A DNA stretch of 64,000 bases, taken from the NCBI GenBank assembly GCA_964019335.1, contig OZ025648.1, forward strand, positions 496,001 to 560,000, written 5' to 3'. Below are positions 20,295 to 30,985 of this stretch, piece by piece; position 1 is the first letter of the stretch; each line of letters opens with the position of its first letter. A program made the translations under genes and the position numbers. Origin of the DNA: Diplonema japonicum. Taxonomy: Eukaryota; Protista; Euglenozoa: Diplonemea. The notes beneath the pieces are model-generated. The model had not been told where the DNA came from. It ran no database searches and saw only the letters and a program-made list of their open reading frames with translations.

Positions 20295-21023
20295 TCTTGC
20301 TCGGCCTTAACTCCCATCAATGCCATAAGGAACAGGGTGGGGAACTGTACCGGCTTCTTGTTCTATATCCTGGTGAACGCATTGGCGCAAGAAAAAAAAG
20401 ATCTTGCACAGCCTTAACTCCCATCAATGCCAAAAGGAACAAGGTGGGGAACTGTACTGGCTTCTTGTCACTGGCTCAAAAAGGGCAATTCTTGCACAGC
20501 CTTAACTCCCATCAATGCCATAAGGAACAGGGTGGGGAACTGTACTGGCTTCTTGTCATTGGCTCAAAAGGTAATTCTTGCACAGCCTTAACTCCCATCA
20601 ATGCCATAAGGAACAGGGTGGGGAACTGTACTGGCTTTAGTTATTATGAGTTGGCTTTGTCTTGGTGAAAGCTTGAGAAACTGGTTTCATGCAAGAAGAA
20701 TCTTGCACAGCCTTAACTCCCATCAATGCCAAAAGGAACAAGGTGGGGAACTGTACTGGCTTCTTGTCACTGGCTCAAAAAGGGTAAGTTCTTGCACAGC
20801 CTTAACTCCCATCAATGCCATAAGGAACAGGGTGGGGAACTGTACTGGCTTATTATCATTAGCACAAAGGGCAATTCTTGCACAGCCTTAACTCCCATCA
20901 ATGCCATAAGGAACAGGGTGGGGAACTGTACTGGCTTCTTGTCATTGGCTCAAAAGGTAATTCTTGCACAGCCTTAACTCCCATCAATGCCAAAAGGAAC
21001 AGGGTGGGGAACTGTACCGGCTT
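20295..21023 (-). ncRNA. Tandem array of 8 copies of a 62-nt structured RNA-like unit; candidate single-hairpin AGA-box (H/ACA-like) guide RNA cluster
   Basis: Copies start (plus coordinates) at 20295, 20402, 20490, 20576, 20701, 20790, 20876, 20962. Minus-strand unit AAGCCAGUACAGUUCCCCACCCUGUUCCUUAUGGCAUUGAUGGGAGUUAAGGCUGUGCAAGA; conservation stops at the terminal AGA; stem covariation present. The repeat is certain; the RNA class is inferred. Confidence 0.6.
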
Positions 21024-22420
21024 TAGTTATTATGAGGTGGCTGTGAAAGCATGAGGTATAAGAAGGAGGTCTGTCTTTACTTCAGTAGGAGAAGGAAAGG
21101 AGGGGAAAGAAAAAAAAAAGAAAAAAAAGGGGGGGGGAACCAATGGAAGGGGAAAAGGGTATTTTAAAGGGTTACAGGTGGTGGTGCTGCCGTAAAATGC
21201 ACAACACAAGCCACATAAGACACGCAAGAGTAAGGGGAGGGCAGTTTTTTTTTCCCTTTTTTTTTTTCTCTTTTTTTTTTCCCCCACTCGTCTTTTTTAC
21301 TTATTTATTTCAATTTTTTTTATTTCTACATACGCCTCAGGGGGGCCTTCTTGTCAAAAGAGGGGGTAGGAGAGAAAGATAATTGGTAAGGACTACGGTG
21401 TGAAAAAAAAAGGGGGAGAAAAAAAAATACATATGGCAAGATGTGCATAAGAAGAGAAAAAAAAGGTGGGGAGTGTGAAATGTGTTTTGCAGCTTATTTG
21501 TGTGTGTCTTCTAAAAAAAAAAGGGGGGGGGAGAATAATTATAAGAAACTCTTTAATTATTTACCCCTCTTTTTATTTTTTATTGAAAATATTTCTCTAT
21601 TTTTTTTTTCCCCTCTCCTATTAGCCCTCGCCGCGCCTTCAATCACCGCCTTAGCGGGAAAGGTGTTTATATATTTTACCGTATTTTTTTTTTTTTTTTT
21701 TTCTTTTGCTTTTTGAGTGGCGGGCGATGCAAAAATTAAAAAGCTGCCCCCTTTTTTTTTAAAGTTGGTAAAACAAAATCTGCAGCACAGAGGACAAAGA
21801 GTATCAGTCTTTCTTCCTTTTTTTTTTCCCCAAACTTTGGAGAGATATGAAAAAAAAAAGTGAACACAATTTGTTAACGGAGAGAATCAGCACCAAAAAA
21901 AAAAAAAAAAAATAAAGAGGGCAGAAAAAAAAGAGGGGGGTATTGCAACTCAATCGTGCACGTGCGTGCAGCTGTTCTGAAAAGGAGGTTTTTTAAAAAA
22001 AAAAGTGAGAAGGCCACATGGGGTGCGAGGGGGGAAAAAAAAAGAAAGTAAGATAGGAAGAAAGAGAGCCCTCCTCCCTCACCCCAGAAAAAGAATGCAT
22101 TCTTTTTTTTTTTGTTGACTGAAACAAGTTTACATCTTCCTCCCCGCCCCCTGTTATTTCCCCTTTTTCTCTATCTTTCTTTATCCCAGTTTCAATCTAC
22201 AAAAAAAATGGTTTTTAAAAAATAAAAGGGGAAAGGAAATAAGTAGAACACTAGAAGGGGGGGATAAAATAAAAAGAGCAGTAAAAAAGAAAAAAAAAGT
22301 ATAAGCAACAAAATCAGACTTCAAAAAAAAAAATCTTTTTTTACCCGCCTTAAACCAAGTGTCCTGTCTGTCAGGTAGCTTTTCCAGTTTCTCAAAACTT
22401 TGCGTCAACCTTTTTTTTCT

Positions 22421-22640
22421 TTTATTTCACTCTTCGTCATTTTCTTCACTCACTAGGGGCCTCATTATTTAACGCGAAATGGCCATTATTTAACGCGAAA
22501 TCGCCATTATTTAACTAGTGTAATAATGGCCCTTCAGAGTGAAATAATGGCCCTTCAGAGTGAAAAAATGGGTCTTGTCGTGGAAAAAAATGCACCCAAC
22601 CCCTTGAAAAACTTTTTTGGGGTGGGGGTATTTTGACTAT
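22421..22640. mobile_element. Truncated copy of the MITE family at 25612-25851
   Basis: Shares TTTATTTCACTCTTCGTCATTTTCTTCACTCACTA...TTAACGCGAAA...AAATGGGTC..TTGTCGTGG...CCCAACCCCTTGAAAA...GTATTTTGAC with the other copy; has extra internal 21-nt duplications; no right TIR found. Confidence 0.75.
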
Positions 22641-23028
22641 TTTTGGCCATCTGAGGCCATTCCAGCCCTTAAAAGTGGGAATAAGTGCTTTACTTCCCCT
22701 TTAAATGCCACGGCGAAATAGCTACCCTGGTTTCCCAAACATATTTTCAATATTTCAATATATTTTTCAATACAAAAAAATATTGAAATCTAGAAAAATA
22801 TTGGGTGAGCCAGTTATCGAATCTTTGATCTTTTTTTTTTTTTCTCCCTTCTTGACGGAACATATTTAGATGTTAAAAAATCTTTCAAAAAAAAAAAAAA
22901 TAGATCTGTGGCTCTGCCGAAACCGCGTTTCGAAGAAAAAAAAAAGAAAAAAAAAAGGGGAAGGGGGGGGGAAAAAAAACTGCTTATACTTTTCACTACA
23001 ACCCCTCCCCCCCCCAAAAAAAAAGAAT

Positions 23029-23355
23029 CTAACAGCTGCACTTCTGGGGGGAAAAAAAAAATTTTTTTTTTAGAAAATAAAACAAATAAACACACCTTTG
23101 TTCTACCCACCTTCTGAGGCGTGTCGTTTTGTGGGACGGGGACAAAGGGGCCGGTGGTACTTTTCTTGTGGCCGGTGTCCTCAACGCTGCCATTCGAGTT
23201 GACGACGCTGTAGACCTCCTTCACAAGCCACTCGAACGCTTTTTCGACGTTAGTAGAGTCCAAAGCGGAGGTTTCAAGGAAAGCAAGGTTGTTCTCCTCC
23301 GCAAACTGCTTGGCTTGCTCCTGGGGAAAAAAAAAAAAAAAACTAGTTGGAAAGG

Positions 23356-23386
<31 letters not shown>

Positions 23387-23516
23387 TTTCTGAACCGTTC
23401 GTAGGTATTCCAAATCACATTTGTTACCAATTAGCATAATAACAGCGGACGGCTGTACGTGAGAACGAAGCTCTTGAAGCCATGTAGAGATGTTGTCGAA
23501 AGAGGGCTGTGCGGTG

Positions 23517-23557
<41 letters not shown>

Positions 23558-23839
23558 GTTCGTTATATCGTACACAAGCATCGCGCCCTTCGCTCCGTGG
23601 TAAATAGACCTGCTGATGGCCCTGAACCTCTCCTGACCGGCAGTGTCCCAGATTTGAACCTTAATGTCCCGGTTCTCTGCCTTCATACTTTTTGTCATAA
23701 ACTCAACCCCGATTGTGGAAGGGGACTCGACATTGAACTCGTCGGCTGTGTACCTTGTCATCAAATTCGACTTCCCAACACCGCTGTCTCCTATGAGCAC
23801 CACTTTAAAGAGGTACTGGAAGTCAGATTCCATCGCCAT
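23029..23839 (-). CDS. RAB11: Rab11-family GTPase (209 aa), 4 exons; introns 23507-23554, 23321-23386, 23044-23110
   Basis: [46 protein letters not shown]; splicing yields the C-terminal KKCSC prenylation motif. Confidence 0.93.
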
Positions 23840-25210
23840 TTTTTTTTTTTTTTTTTCCCTTCCTTTTTAGTCACGATTTTGAGGATTTCAGGAATATAAA
23901 AAAAAATTGTTCAAAACCACACTGTACAGAAAGAAGGGAAAAAAAGGCGGGGGGGGGGGGTTTCTTTTGATTGTATTGCACCTTTTTTTTCTCCCTCTTT
24001 TTTTTCTGAGATCACACAACAAAGAGGGTAAAGGGGGGGGGGGGGGGGGGGGAGTTGTAAAAAAACAGGAATTGCAAGTTGTCATTACTCTTTTTTTTTT
24101 CTTTTTTTGCAAAAAAAAAAAAAAAAAAAAAAAAAAAAGCCGAGTAGTGGTCCAGGCTCAACCTAAAGAAAGGAAAGGGAAAGACAAATTCAAGAGGCGA
24201 ACTTTTCGGCTTTTTCTTTCTTTTTTTTTCTTTTTGCGCTCGGCAGCATCTCTACACCAGGTCACTTTGAAAGAAAAAAAAGAAAAAAAACGAGCCATAG
24301 TGAAACAAAAACAAAACAAAAAAAACACAGATTCTGCCATAAAAATGAAACGTTACCCATCTACCAGCATCCCCCCTTTTTTTTGCGGCGGGGTTTAAGA
24401 GGTTTGGCAGAAAGTAGATATTAAAAATTTATAGACCACCAGGTACAGAAAGGGAGGGGTTTTTTTTACCCCCCCTTTTGTTCCACGTCTTTTTGAGAAA
24501 ATAATTATTTTGGTGTTTTTTCCTTTTTTTTTTCCTTTTTTTTTTTGTTTCATGAGGGTGCACGCAGGAAAGGGGGGGGAATGATTCCTTTTAGACTTAC
24601 AAAACTGCTAAATATTTGTAAAAAAAAAAAATAATAATAATAAATAACCTGTGCAACCTTTACCAAAGATAGAGCAAGGCGAAACAACTGTAACTCGCGA
24701 AGATAGAGAAAACTAGTACGACGTTTCAAATATCTGTGCGAATAAACAGCTCCTTGCATTGCCATCAACTAGCTTTTAGTCTCGACAATGATCAAAGATA
24801 CATTTAGAAGGGCGGAGGGGAATAGCTATTTATTACACCCTTTTGGTCATCCGCCTCACTCCCTAGTGAGGAAAGGGGAACGACCGAGTGATTAATACTG
24901 TAAAGTAAAAAAAATTGGGGGAGGTGGAAACAAACAGTTTCAGTAACTTTTTTTTTTTTAAAACCCTGTGAGGCCGCAAGAAGTGCTCAAGAGTGTGCAT
25001 GTGGAAGTCGATTGAGTGACATACAAACAAAAAACTGTCCCTAATCAATATTTGCAGTTGACTTCGAGTGAGGCCCACTGTAGCCTTCACATTTGCTCGG
25101 ATCGCCTCAAAAACTAGTTTGGCGCTCCATTTGTTTGTGCGCACGAGCGGAAAATTGCTAAATTTCCCCTTTGAGGAGTGTTGTTATGTTACCTGAAAAC
25201 ATTATTTCCC

Positions 25211-25242
<32 letters not shown>

Positions 25243-25482
25243 AAGACCCTTTTTTCTACAGTTTTCGGGTTTTCTATGACATTTACCGTAGAAATGTCCA
25301 AGTACGGTGATTCGAGAAAAAAGAATTTTTTTTTGAGAATAAGAAGGGAGCTATATCGAAGGGGTACCCCTCAGCTATTGGCCCCCCACCACATTACTTT
25401 TTTTCCCCCTTTTTTTTTTCCCCATCTTCTTTTTCATATTCTTTTTTTTTCTTTTCCTTTGCGTATCCGTTGCAGCACAATG

Positions 25483-25545
<63 letters not shown>

Positions 25546-25611
25546 AAAGGGCGTCGTGTGTGAGTGTTCCTTTTCTTTTTCTTTTTCTTTTTCTTTTTCT
25601 TTTTCTTTTTT

Positions 25612-25851
25612 TTTATTTCACTCTTCGTCATTTTCTTCACTCACTAAGGGCTTCATAATTTAACGCGAAACGCCCTAGTTATATTATAAAAATGTTGGAG
25701 TTAAATTATGGAGTGAGAAAAATGGGTCCTTGTCGTGGGGAAAAAAAAACCCAACCCCTTGAAAATCCTTTTTTTGGGGGGGGGTGGTATTTTGACCATT
25801 ATTTTTTTAACCCGTGAAGAGTGACTCAAAATGACGAAAGAGTGAAATAAA
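25612..25851. mobile_element. MITE-like element, ~240 bp, 23-24 bp TIRs
   Basis: TTTATTTCACTCTTCGTCATTTT (25612-25634) vs AAAATGACGAAAGAGTGAAATAAA (25828-25851); second family copy at 22421. Confidence 0.8.
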
Positions 25852-25876
25852 AAAAATAAAAAAATAAAAAAATCCA

Positions 25877-27430
25877 TCAATTAATCCCGTCTTCGATATC
25901 ACTGCTTCGATCCTCCTCAGAAGTGCTCGACAAATCCCGTTTTGCACGTTCCGCTTCCGCAATTTCTTCGGGCGTAGTGAAAAACGAGGTCACCCCCATG
26001 ATATCCCTGTGAGTAAGCATGTTCTGCTTCTTCAGAAATACCACACGAAGCACAGCAAGCGGGTCCTTCGCCACCACCGTCTCCTGCCTCTTTGGAACAA
26101 TCCAAAATAAAGGTATCTTTACAACTGTTGAGACGTAATACATGATGGCAGTCCCTAGGAACACCGCTTGGTAAGAGTACTTAGAGATTAGAACACCCCC
26201 CAAGGCGGCTGATCCAGACCACCCAACTTGTGTTATCGCATCTAATGATGCCCATTTTGCTCGTTTCTTCTTCGGGACGTAGTCCATTATAACCGATTGT
26301 TGAAGCACAGCGGTGGTTTGCAAAAGTGCAGATCGTGATAAGTAAAGACCTGTCGTGATCAACCTGTCGGACAGCCCCATTGTGAATCGTCCGGTATACC
26401 CCATAACGACCATTCCCAATAAGCATGCTGTTCCAATGTACCATAGAATGAAATCGCACTGAATCCGCCCGATTTTGAAGGCAACCCACACTGCTGCACG
26501 GGTGACAGGGATCACTAAGAAAGGCAGCGCTGCTATTATAGACAACACCACCGCAGGGGACATCCCCAACCCACCGTCTTTGTCTTGAAAGAACAACGGG
26601 TAAAATTTTGTCGACATCCCACCGCCAGTACACCATATAAAGTCCGATAGATAATAGTAAACAGGTACCATGGCGTAGTTTTTAAGGCGGGATCGTTTGG
26701 GGGACCCGGGAGGGGGTTTGTTCCGGACCAACGCCATTGACTCGTCGCCGAGGCAGTTGTCGTCGTTGAACTGCAGTGTAATAAGGCCTGCGGGGATTTT
26801 CAAAGCGAGTCCTATTATTATAAGAATGCTGAGCTGTCGTTCTGTCCAGTCGTTCCCGGTAGTCAGGAAGAAAACGATGGAGAAGACAGGCCCGAGACCA
26901 TAACAGAATTTCGAATACATTGTAAGCGTTTTCATAAATTCTAAACGGTGTCCAGTCGTCAATGAGTCCGCCATGATTGCCCGTGCCGATGAATCGCCGA
27001 AAGATTGCGCCGCGTACAATACCGCAAACAACCCCGACACTATCAGAAATTTATACTCCCCCAAGGTGGTGGTATTGTCCAGCTCGTTGTCCACTCCGTG
27101 CGACGATATCGTCAGTACCATTGCTACAATCATCAAGCAGCAACCTATCAGAGTGGACATCCCTCCTATTTTTATGACCCTGTCTCTTCTGTTGTTATCG
27201 GAGAGGTATCCGCCGTAGAGGCCCGGGAACAGCGCACAGAGACCGAAGAATGCCTCTGCGAAGCCGACTTTCATCGTGCTTTTGTCGGTGATGAGGCTCA
27301 GGTAGGACACCAGTACACCGCTTATCACAACCCCGTTGGACAGCTGTACCAACAGCCAGTACAACATGTAGCTGTGCACATTTGGATTGTCCGTGCCTAT
27401 GTCAATCGGCAACCGGACGAAGGGGAGCAT
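25877..27430 (-). CDS. Major facilitator superfamily transporter (517 aa)
   Basis: About 12 hydrophobic segments; motif A-like GGYLSDNNRRD and second-half KIGRIQ; MDYVPKKKRAKW. Confidence 0.9.
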   Translation of the reverse strand: MLPFVRLPIDIGTDNPNVHSYMLYWLLVQLSNGVVISGVLVSYLSLITDKSTMKVGFAEAFFGLCALFPGLYGGYLSDNNRRDRVIKIGGMSTLIGCCLMIVAMVLTISSHGVDNELDNTTTLGEYKFLIVSGLFAVLYAAQSFGDSSARAIMADSLTTGHRLEFMKTLTMYSKFCYGLGPVFSIVFFLTTGNDWTERQLSILIIIGLALKIPAGLITLQFNDDNCLGDESMALVRNKPPPGSPKRSRLKNYAMVPVYYYLSDFIWCTGGGMSTKFYPLFFQDKDGGLGMSPAVVLSIIAALPFLVIPVTRAAVWVAFKIGRIQCDFILWYIGTACLLGMVVMGYTGRFTMGLSDRLITTGLYLSRSALLQTTAVLQQSVIMDYVPKKKRAKWASLDAITQVGWSGSAALGGVLISKYSYQAVFLGTAIMYYVSTVVKIPLFWIVPKRQETVVAKDPLAVLRVVFLKKQNMLTHRDIMGVTSFFTTPEEIAEAERAKRDLSSTSEEDRSSDIEDGIN

Positions 27431-27625
27431 GGAACCCCCCCCTTTCCCTGGGATGGATTTTTTATAAAAAAAAAGAAATTACGAGACGGGGAAGAAGAAA
27501 AAAAAATAAGAACCCCCACAAAAGGGGAGGGGCTAGAAGAAAAAAAAAATTTTTTTTTATAAAATTGGGGAGGGTTTTACACTTTCAAAAAAAAAAGGGG
27601 GGGTATTTTTTTTTTTTCTTCTTGT

Positions 27626-28617
27626 TCAGTACCACGGGCGTCTACCGGACCCTCGTTTTTCATACGCGTTGCTGTGCTTCTCGACGAGCTCGGAGAGGTT
27701 GTTCGTGGCACGTGTAAGGGTGCTCAGGTACGAGATTAGCAGCACGTCAGAATACTCCGCCTCGTAGGCAGCTTGGAAGGAAGGGACGCTCTGCGTGGGG
27801 AGCAGGTGGCACAGTGCGTTGATCTCCCGGAGGACGGAGTGGTTCAGGCCGTGCTTACCCTCCTTGACCCCTTTCAGATACGCCACCACCACGCGCACCC
27901 TCTTCTGCAGCATAAGAAGCGCATCCCTGTACATCTTAATAGGAGTAGCAATGGAAGTACTCCCTGTACCATGCGCCACATTGTCAATACTGTATTTTTT
28001 TTTTTTCTTCTTTTAATTTCGTCCAAACATACCTAATTCTCTCGCTTTCTTCACTCTCAATGGTGTAGGCCACGCTGCAGAAGGAATATTTTGGTGTGTC
28101 GTTTTTCACTTTTTTTTTTTTTTTTTTTTTTTAAATATATTTTTTGATGTAATGTACCTTGGACGACAGTCTCATACAGGTAGACGGGGAGGCTGGTTGC
28201 TGTTGCTGGAGGTGTTGTGTCCATCACCATAAGGAGGGGTGACTCATTGTAACGCATGATGGTCTTGTGTAGCGAGGTGTCGGCATCTGTTAGTGACTGC
28301 CCTGTGGTGTACCATCCTACCAGGTCGTAGGTTGGGAAGACTTGCATGTAATGGTTTTTTTTATCTTCGAGGTACTTTACGTCCAAGGTTACGACGCCCT
28401 GGCCCTTCTCCTGGTCGGTAGCCAGCTCGAAGCTGGTGTGTATTTCGACAGTCCTGCCTGTTTGTACCCCTAGCAGTGCTCCGATCACCCTTTGAGACTT
28501 CTCTGCCATCACACTCGTTCGCGTCCAGTGGTCTGAAATATTCAACACTACCAACGGGTGCAGTTGCACCTCTAGCATGGATTTTCTGTCAGCTTCCAGT
28601 GTTGCATGTTCCGTCAT
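27626..28617 (-). CDS. CSN6: COP9 signalosome subunit 6 (MPN- domain, 299 aa); introns 28109-28157 and 27990-28032
   Basis: LHPLVVLNISDHWTR, GALLGVQTGRTVEIHTSFE, QVFPTYDLVGWY; spliced YTIESEESERISIDNVA; LREINALCHLLP. Confidence 0.92.
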
Positions 28618-29107
28618 TTCGTTTTTTTTTTTTTTTTTTTTTTAAAGTGTGTGTGTGGTGTGTCCTGTTTTGGATTGGCGTTCTGTGAAATTCTTGCGGG
28701 GGGGGGGGGGGGGGGGGGGATACAAGAACGAGGAGAGAAGAGAAGAGAGAAAAGAGAGAAAGAAGAAAAAACGGAGTTTGGTCTTGTGAACTTTTTATTT
28801 TTTTATTTCTTTTGTTTTTTTGTTTTTTTTTAGTTTTTTTTATTATTCATCAATCTCTAAAGTGATCGAGAAAAAAACCCCTCCCCTTCTTTAAAAGTTT
28901 TTCTATTTGTGAGGGGGGGGGGGAGGTCCTTATAATCGTGCAAAACATCAATTTTCTTTCATAAAGATGTGTAAATGAAAAAAAAAAAAACCAAAAAATG
29001 GGTTAATTAATGGGAAAAAAAAAAAAACGGGGGGTGTAAATCTCCCCCTCCTTGGGCCATGTTGTGTATAACCTTCTTCTTTTTTTTTTCTTTCTCTTCC
29101 TTTGACA

Positions 29108-29986
29108 TCATGATAATGTACAGGTGCAGATGCGTGCGTTGGCCTTGCCCTCCTCCTCCGTCTGGATACGCCTGAAGTCGCTGCGCAGGTCGGCCATCTC
29201 ATTAGATAGGTCTTTGTTCTTCCCTTTGCGCATCTCAAGCTGTTGGACCAGCTTATAATTGGTGATGTCGCGATTCTCGAGATCGGTTTTAAGAGATTCG
29301 TAATCATCCTTTAGCGATGCGTAAGAGCGCCGTAGGTCCCGTACCTCATTCCGGCGGTCTTGAAGCTGCACTTCTTGAGAATGGATCCGGGAGTAAAGCT
29401 CCAACGAGGATTTGTTCAAAGTGCTGTTGTCCTTCACCTGCGCGATACTATTACGCGAGAATGCTGTGACATGAGGCTCTTCCTCAATAGGAGAAGGTGA
29501 CGTCCCGAGCTCAAAACTGTTGAAGCTCGACACAGTTCGCATACCCATGCTTGTTGGGTTCAGGGACTGTACTACTTTGTAAACAGCGACCAATGACACG
29601 TTTTCGTCTATTGTGATACAGCCGTGCTTTTTCTTCCCTTCTTCACGAGGGTTGTGCTCCAGTCTCCACTGTACCGTTTTTAAAGGTGTTTCTGAGCCGT
29701 TGTGTGAGCGTTCGAAGACTTTCAGTTCCAGGGCCTTGGGTTTCACGGGTTCGCCTGTTTTAGGGAGCCATATCCCTTCCAGTCTTTCCTCGACTCCTAT
29801 TACCACGCCTTTAACGATGCCTAGCTTCTTATCCTTGACATTTGAGACCTGCCCCCATTCAGAGCACCCTTTAGCATCTCTGCCCCTTCGCCATGCGACC
29901 TTGTAAGACTTTCCTTCGCTGTCGCCGCCTACCACTAGTCGCTTTAACCAGAACTCGAAATCGACACATGTGTAACTTGGATCCAT
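29108..29986 (-). CDS. NT-C2-like domain + coiled coil + CaaX protein (292 aa)
   Basis: Real start probably MDPSY (upstream ORF extension is homopolymer). KVAWRRG and KPKALELKVFE resemble the EEIG1/EHBP1 NT-C2 domain; heptad region; ends CTCTLS. Confidence 0.65.
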   Translation of the reverse strand: MDPSYTCVDFEFWLKRLVVGGDSEGKSYKVAWRRGRDAKGCSEWGQVSNVKDKKLGIVKGVVIGVEERLEGIWLPKTGEPVKPKALELKVFERSHNGSETPLKTVQWRLEHNPREEGKKKHGCITIDENVSLVAVYKVVQSLNPTSMGMRTVSSFNSFELGTSPSPIEEEPHVTAFSRNSIAQVKDNSTLNKSSLELYSRIHSQEVQLQDRRNEVRDLRRSYASLKDDYESLKTDLENRDITNYKLVQQLEMRKGKNKDLSNEMADLRSDFRRIQTEEEGKANARICTCTLS

Positions 29987-30018
29987 TTCCAGGGGAAGGG
30001 AATCCAACTGTTCGGGAG

Positions 30019-30049
<31 letters not shown>

Positions 30050-30407
30050 CCCCAGGTGGTGAAAAAAAAAGGGGGGAAAAAAAAACAAATGCGAGACGAC
30101 TAGAGATAAAGAATAATAATTACTTTTTTTTTTTTTTTTTTGAAACAGCACACGAGCTTCGGTGGAGGAAAAAAAAAAAGAAAACCAAATACACACAAAA
30201 AAAAAGAATAAGAAAAAAAAAAACGGGGAAAAAAAAGTTTCACAACACAAAGAGATTTCTTCACTTTTTTTTTTTTTTTTTTTTTTTCCCGCCGACGAAA
30301 GAGAGATGTAACAACGAAGGGAAAATATAAAAAAAAAAGTAATAAAAAATATCCAGACTCTAGTGAGCCCGCAAAAGTGGGTTTAAAAAAAAAAAAGTTA
30401 TCTGAAA

Positions 30408-30441
<34 letters not shown>

Positions 30442-30741
30442 ACCTATTTTTTCTTTTTTTTCTCTCTTTTTTTAGAAAGAAGAAAATAACAGATCTTATG
30501 AACTTGGAAAGAAGGGGAATAAAAAAAAAAAGAGAAGAGGAAAAAAAAATTGTTTTTCAACCCTGTGCGCGGGATTGCCTCATCTAACTGTAGGTACCTT
30601 TCAGCATCAATTTCTTTATTGTTGATCCCTTTGTTTTACAGAAATATAAGAAGAAACGCTAACCAGGAGGGGGGTTCTTGTATTTCTTCTTTTTTTTTGT
30701 TTCCCTCATTTTTATTTCTTCTCTTGTTTCCCCCTCCCCTC

Positions 30742-30772
<31 letters not shown>

Positions 30773-30848
30773 TCCAGATCCCGTTTAAAAAAAAAATGCA
30801 AAAAAAAAAAAAAAAAAAACGTAAAAAATCCGAATTTCTTTTTTTTTC

Positions 30849-30896
<48 letters not shown>

Positions 30897-30985
30897 ATCA
30901 ACACGGCCACTCTTTTTTTTTTATAAAAAACCTCTCAACAAAAACAAACAAACAAATAAAACCCCCTCTCTCTCTCCCCTCCTCC

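Noticed and set aside
20226-20977. Plus-strand repeat-protein ORFs (SCTALTPINAIRNRVGNCTG...)
   Set aside because: Unit lengths (86-125 nt) are mostly not multiples of 3, so frames shift between copies; the ORFs are antisense to the gene cluster.
20295-21023. CRISPR array
   Set aside because: The repeat is 62 nt, spacers are related to each other and uneven (24-63 nt), there are no cas genes, and the context is eukaryotic.
20295-21023. Spliced-leader RNA array or C/D snoRNAs; SSU rRNA target for the pocket
   Set aside because: Only a short CTGTACT resemblance to euglenozoan SL, with no SL exon/GT donor layout; no C (RUGAUGA) and D (CUGA) box pair. A possible pairing of the 3' pocket strand to SSU CUUAAUU lacked adequate 5'-strand pairing.
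24550-25203. Possible multi-exon minus-strand gene (MFS|AIFPLVRTNKWSAK...)
   Set aside because: Intron-like segments exist, but I could not build a consistent open frame or find a motif; may be a pseudogene.
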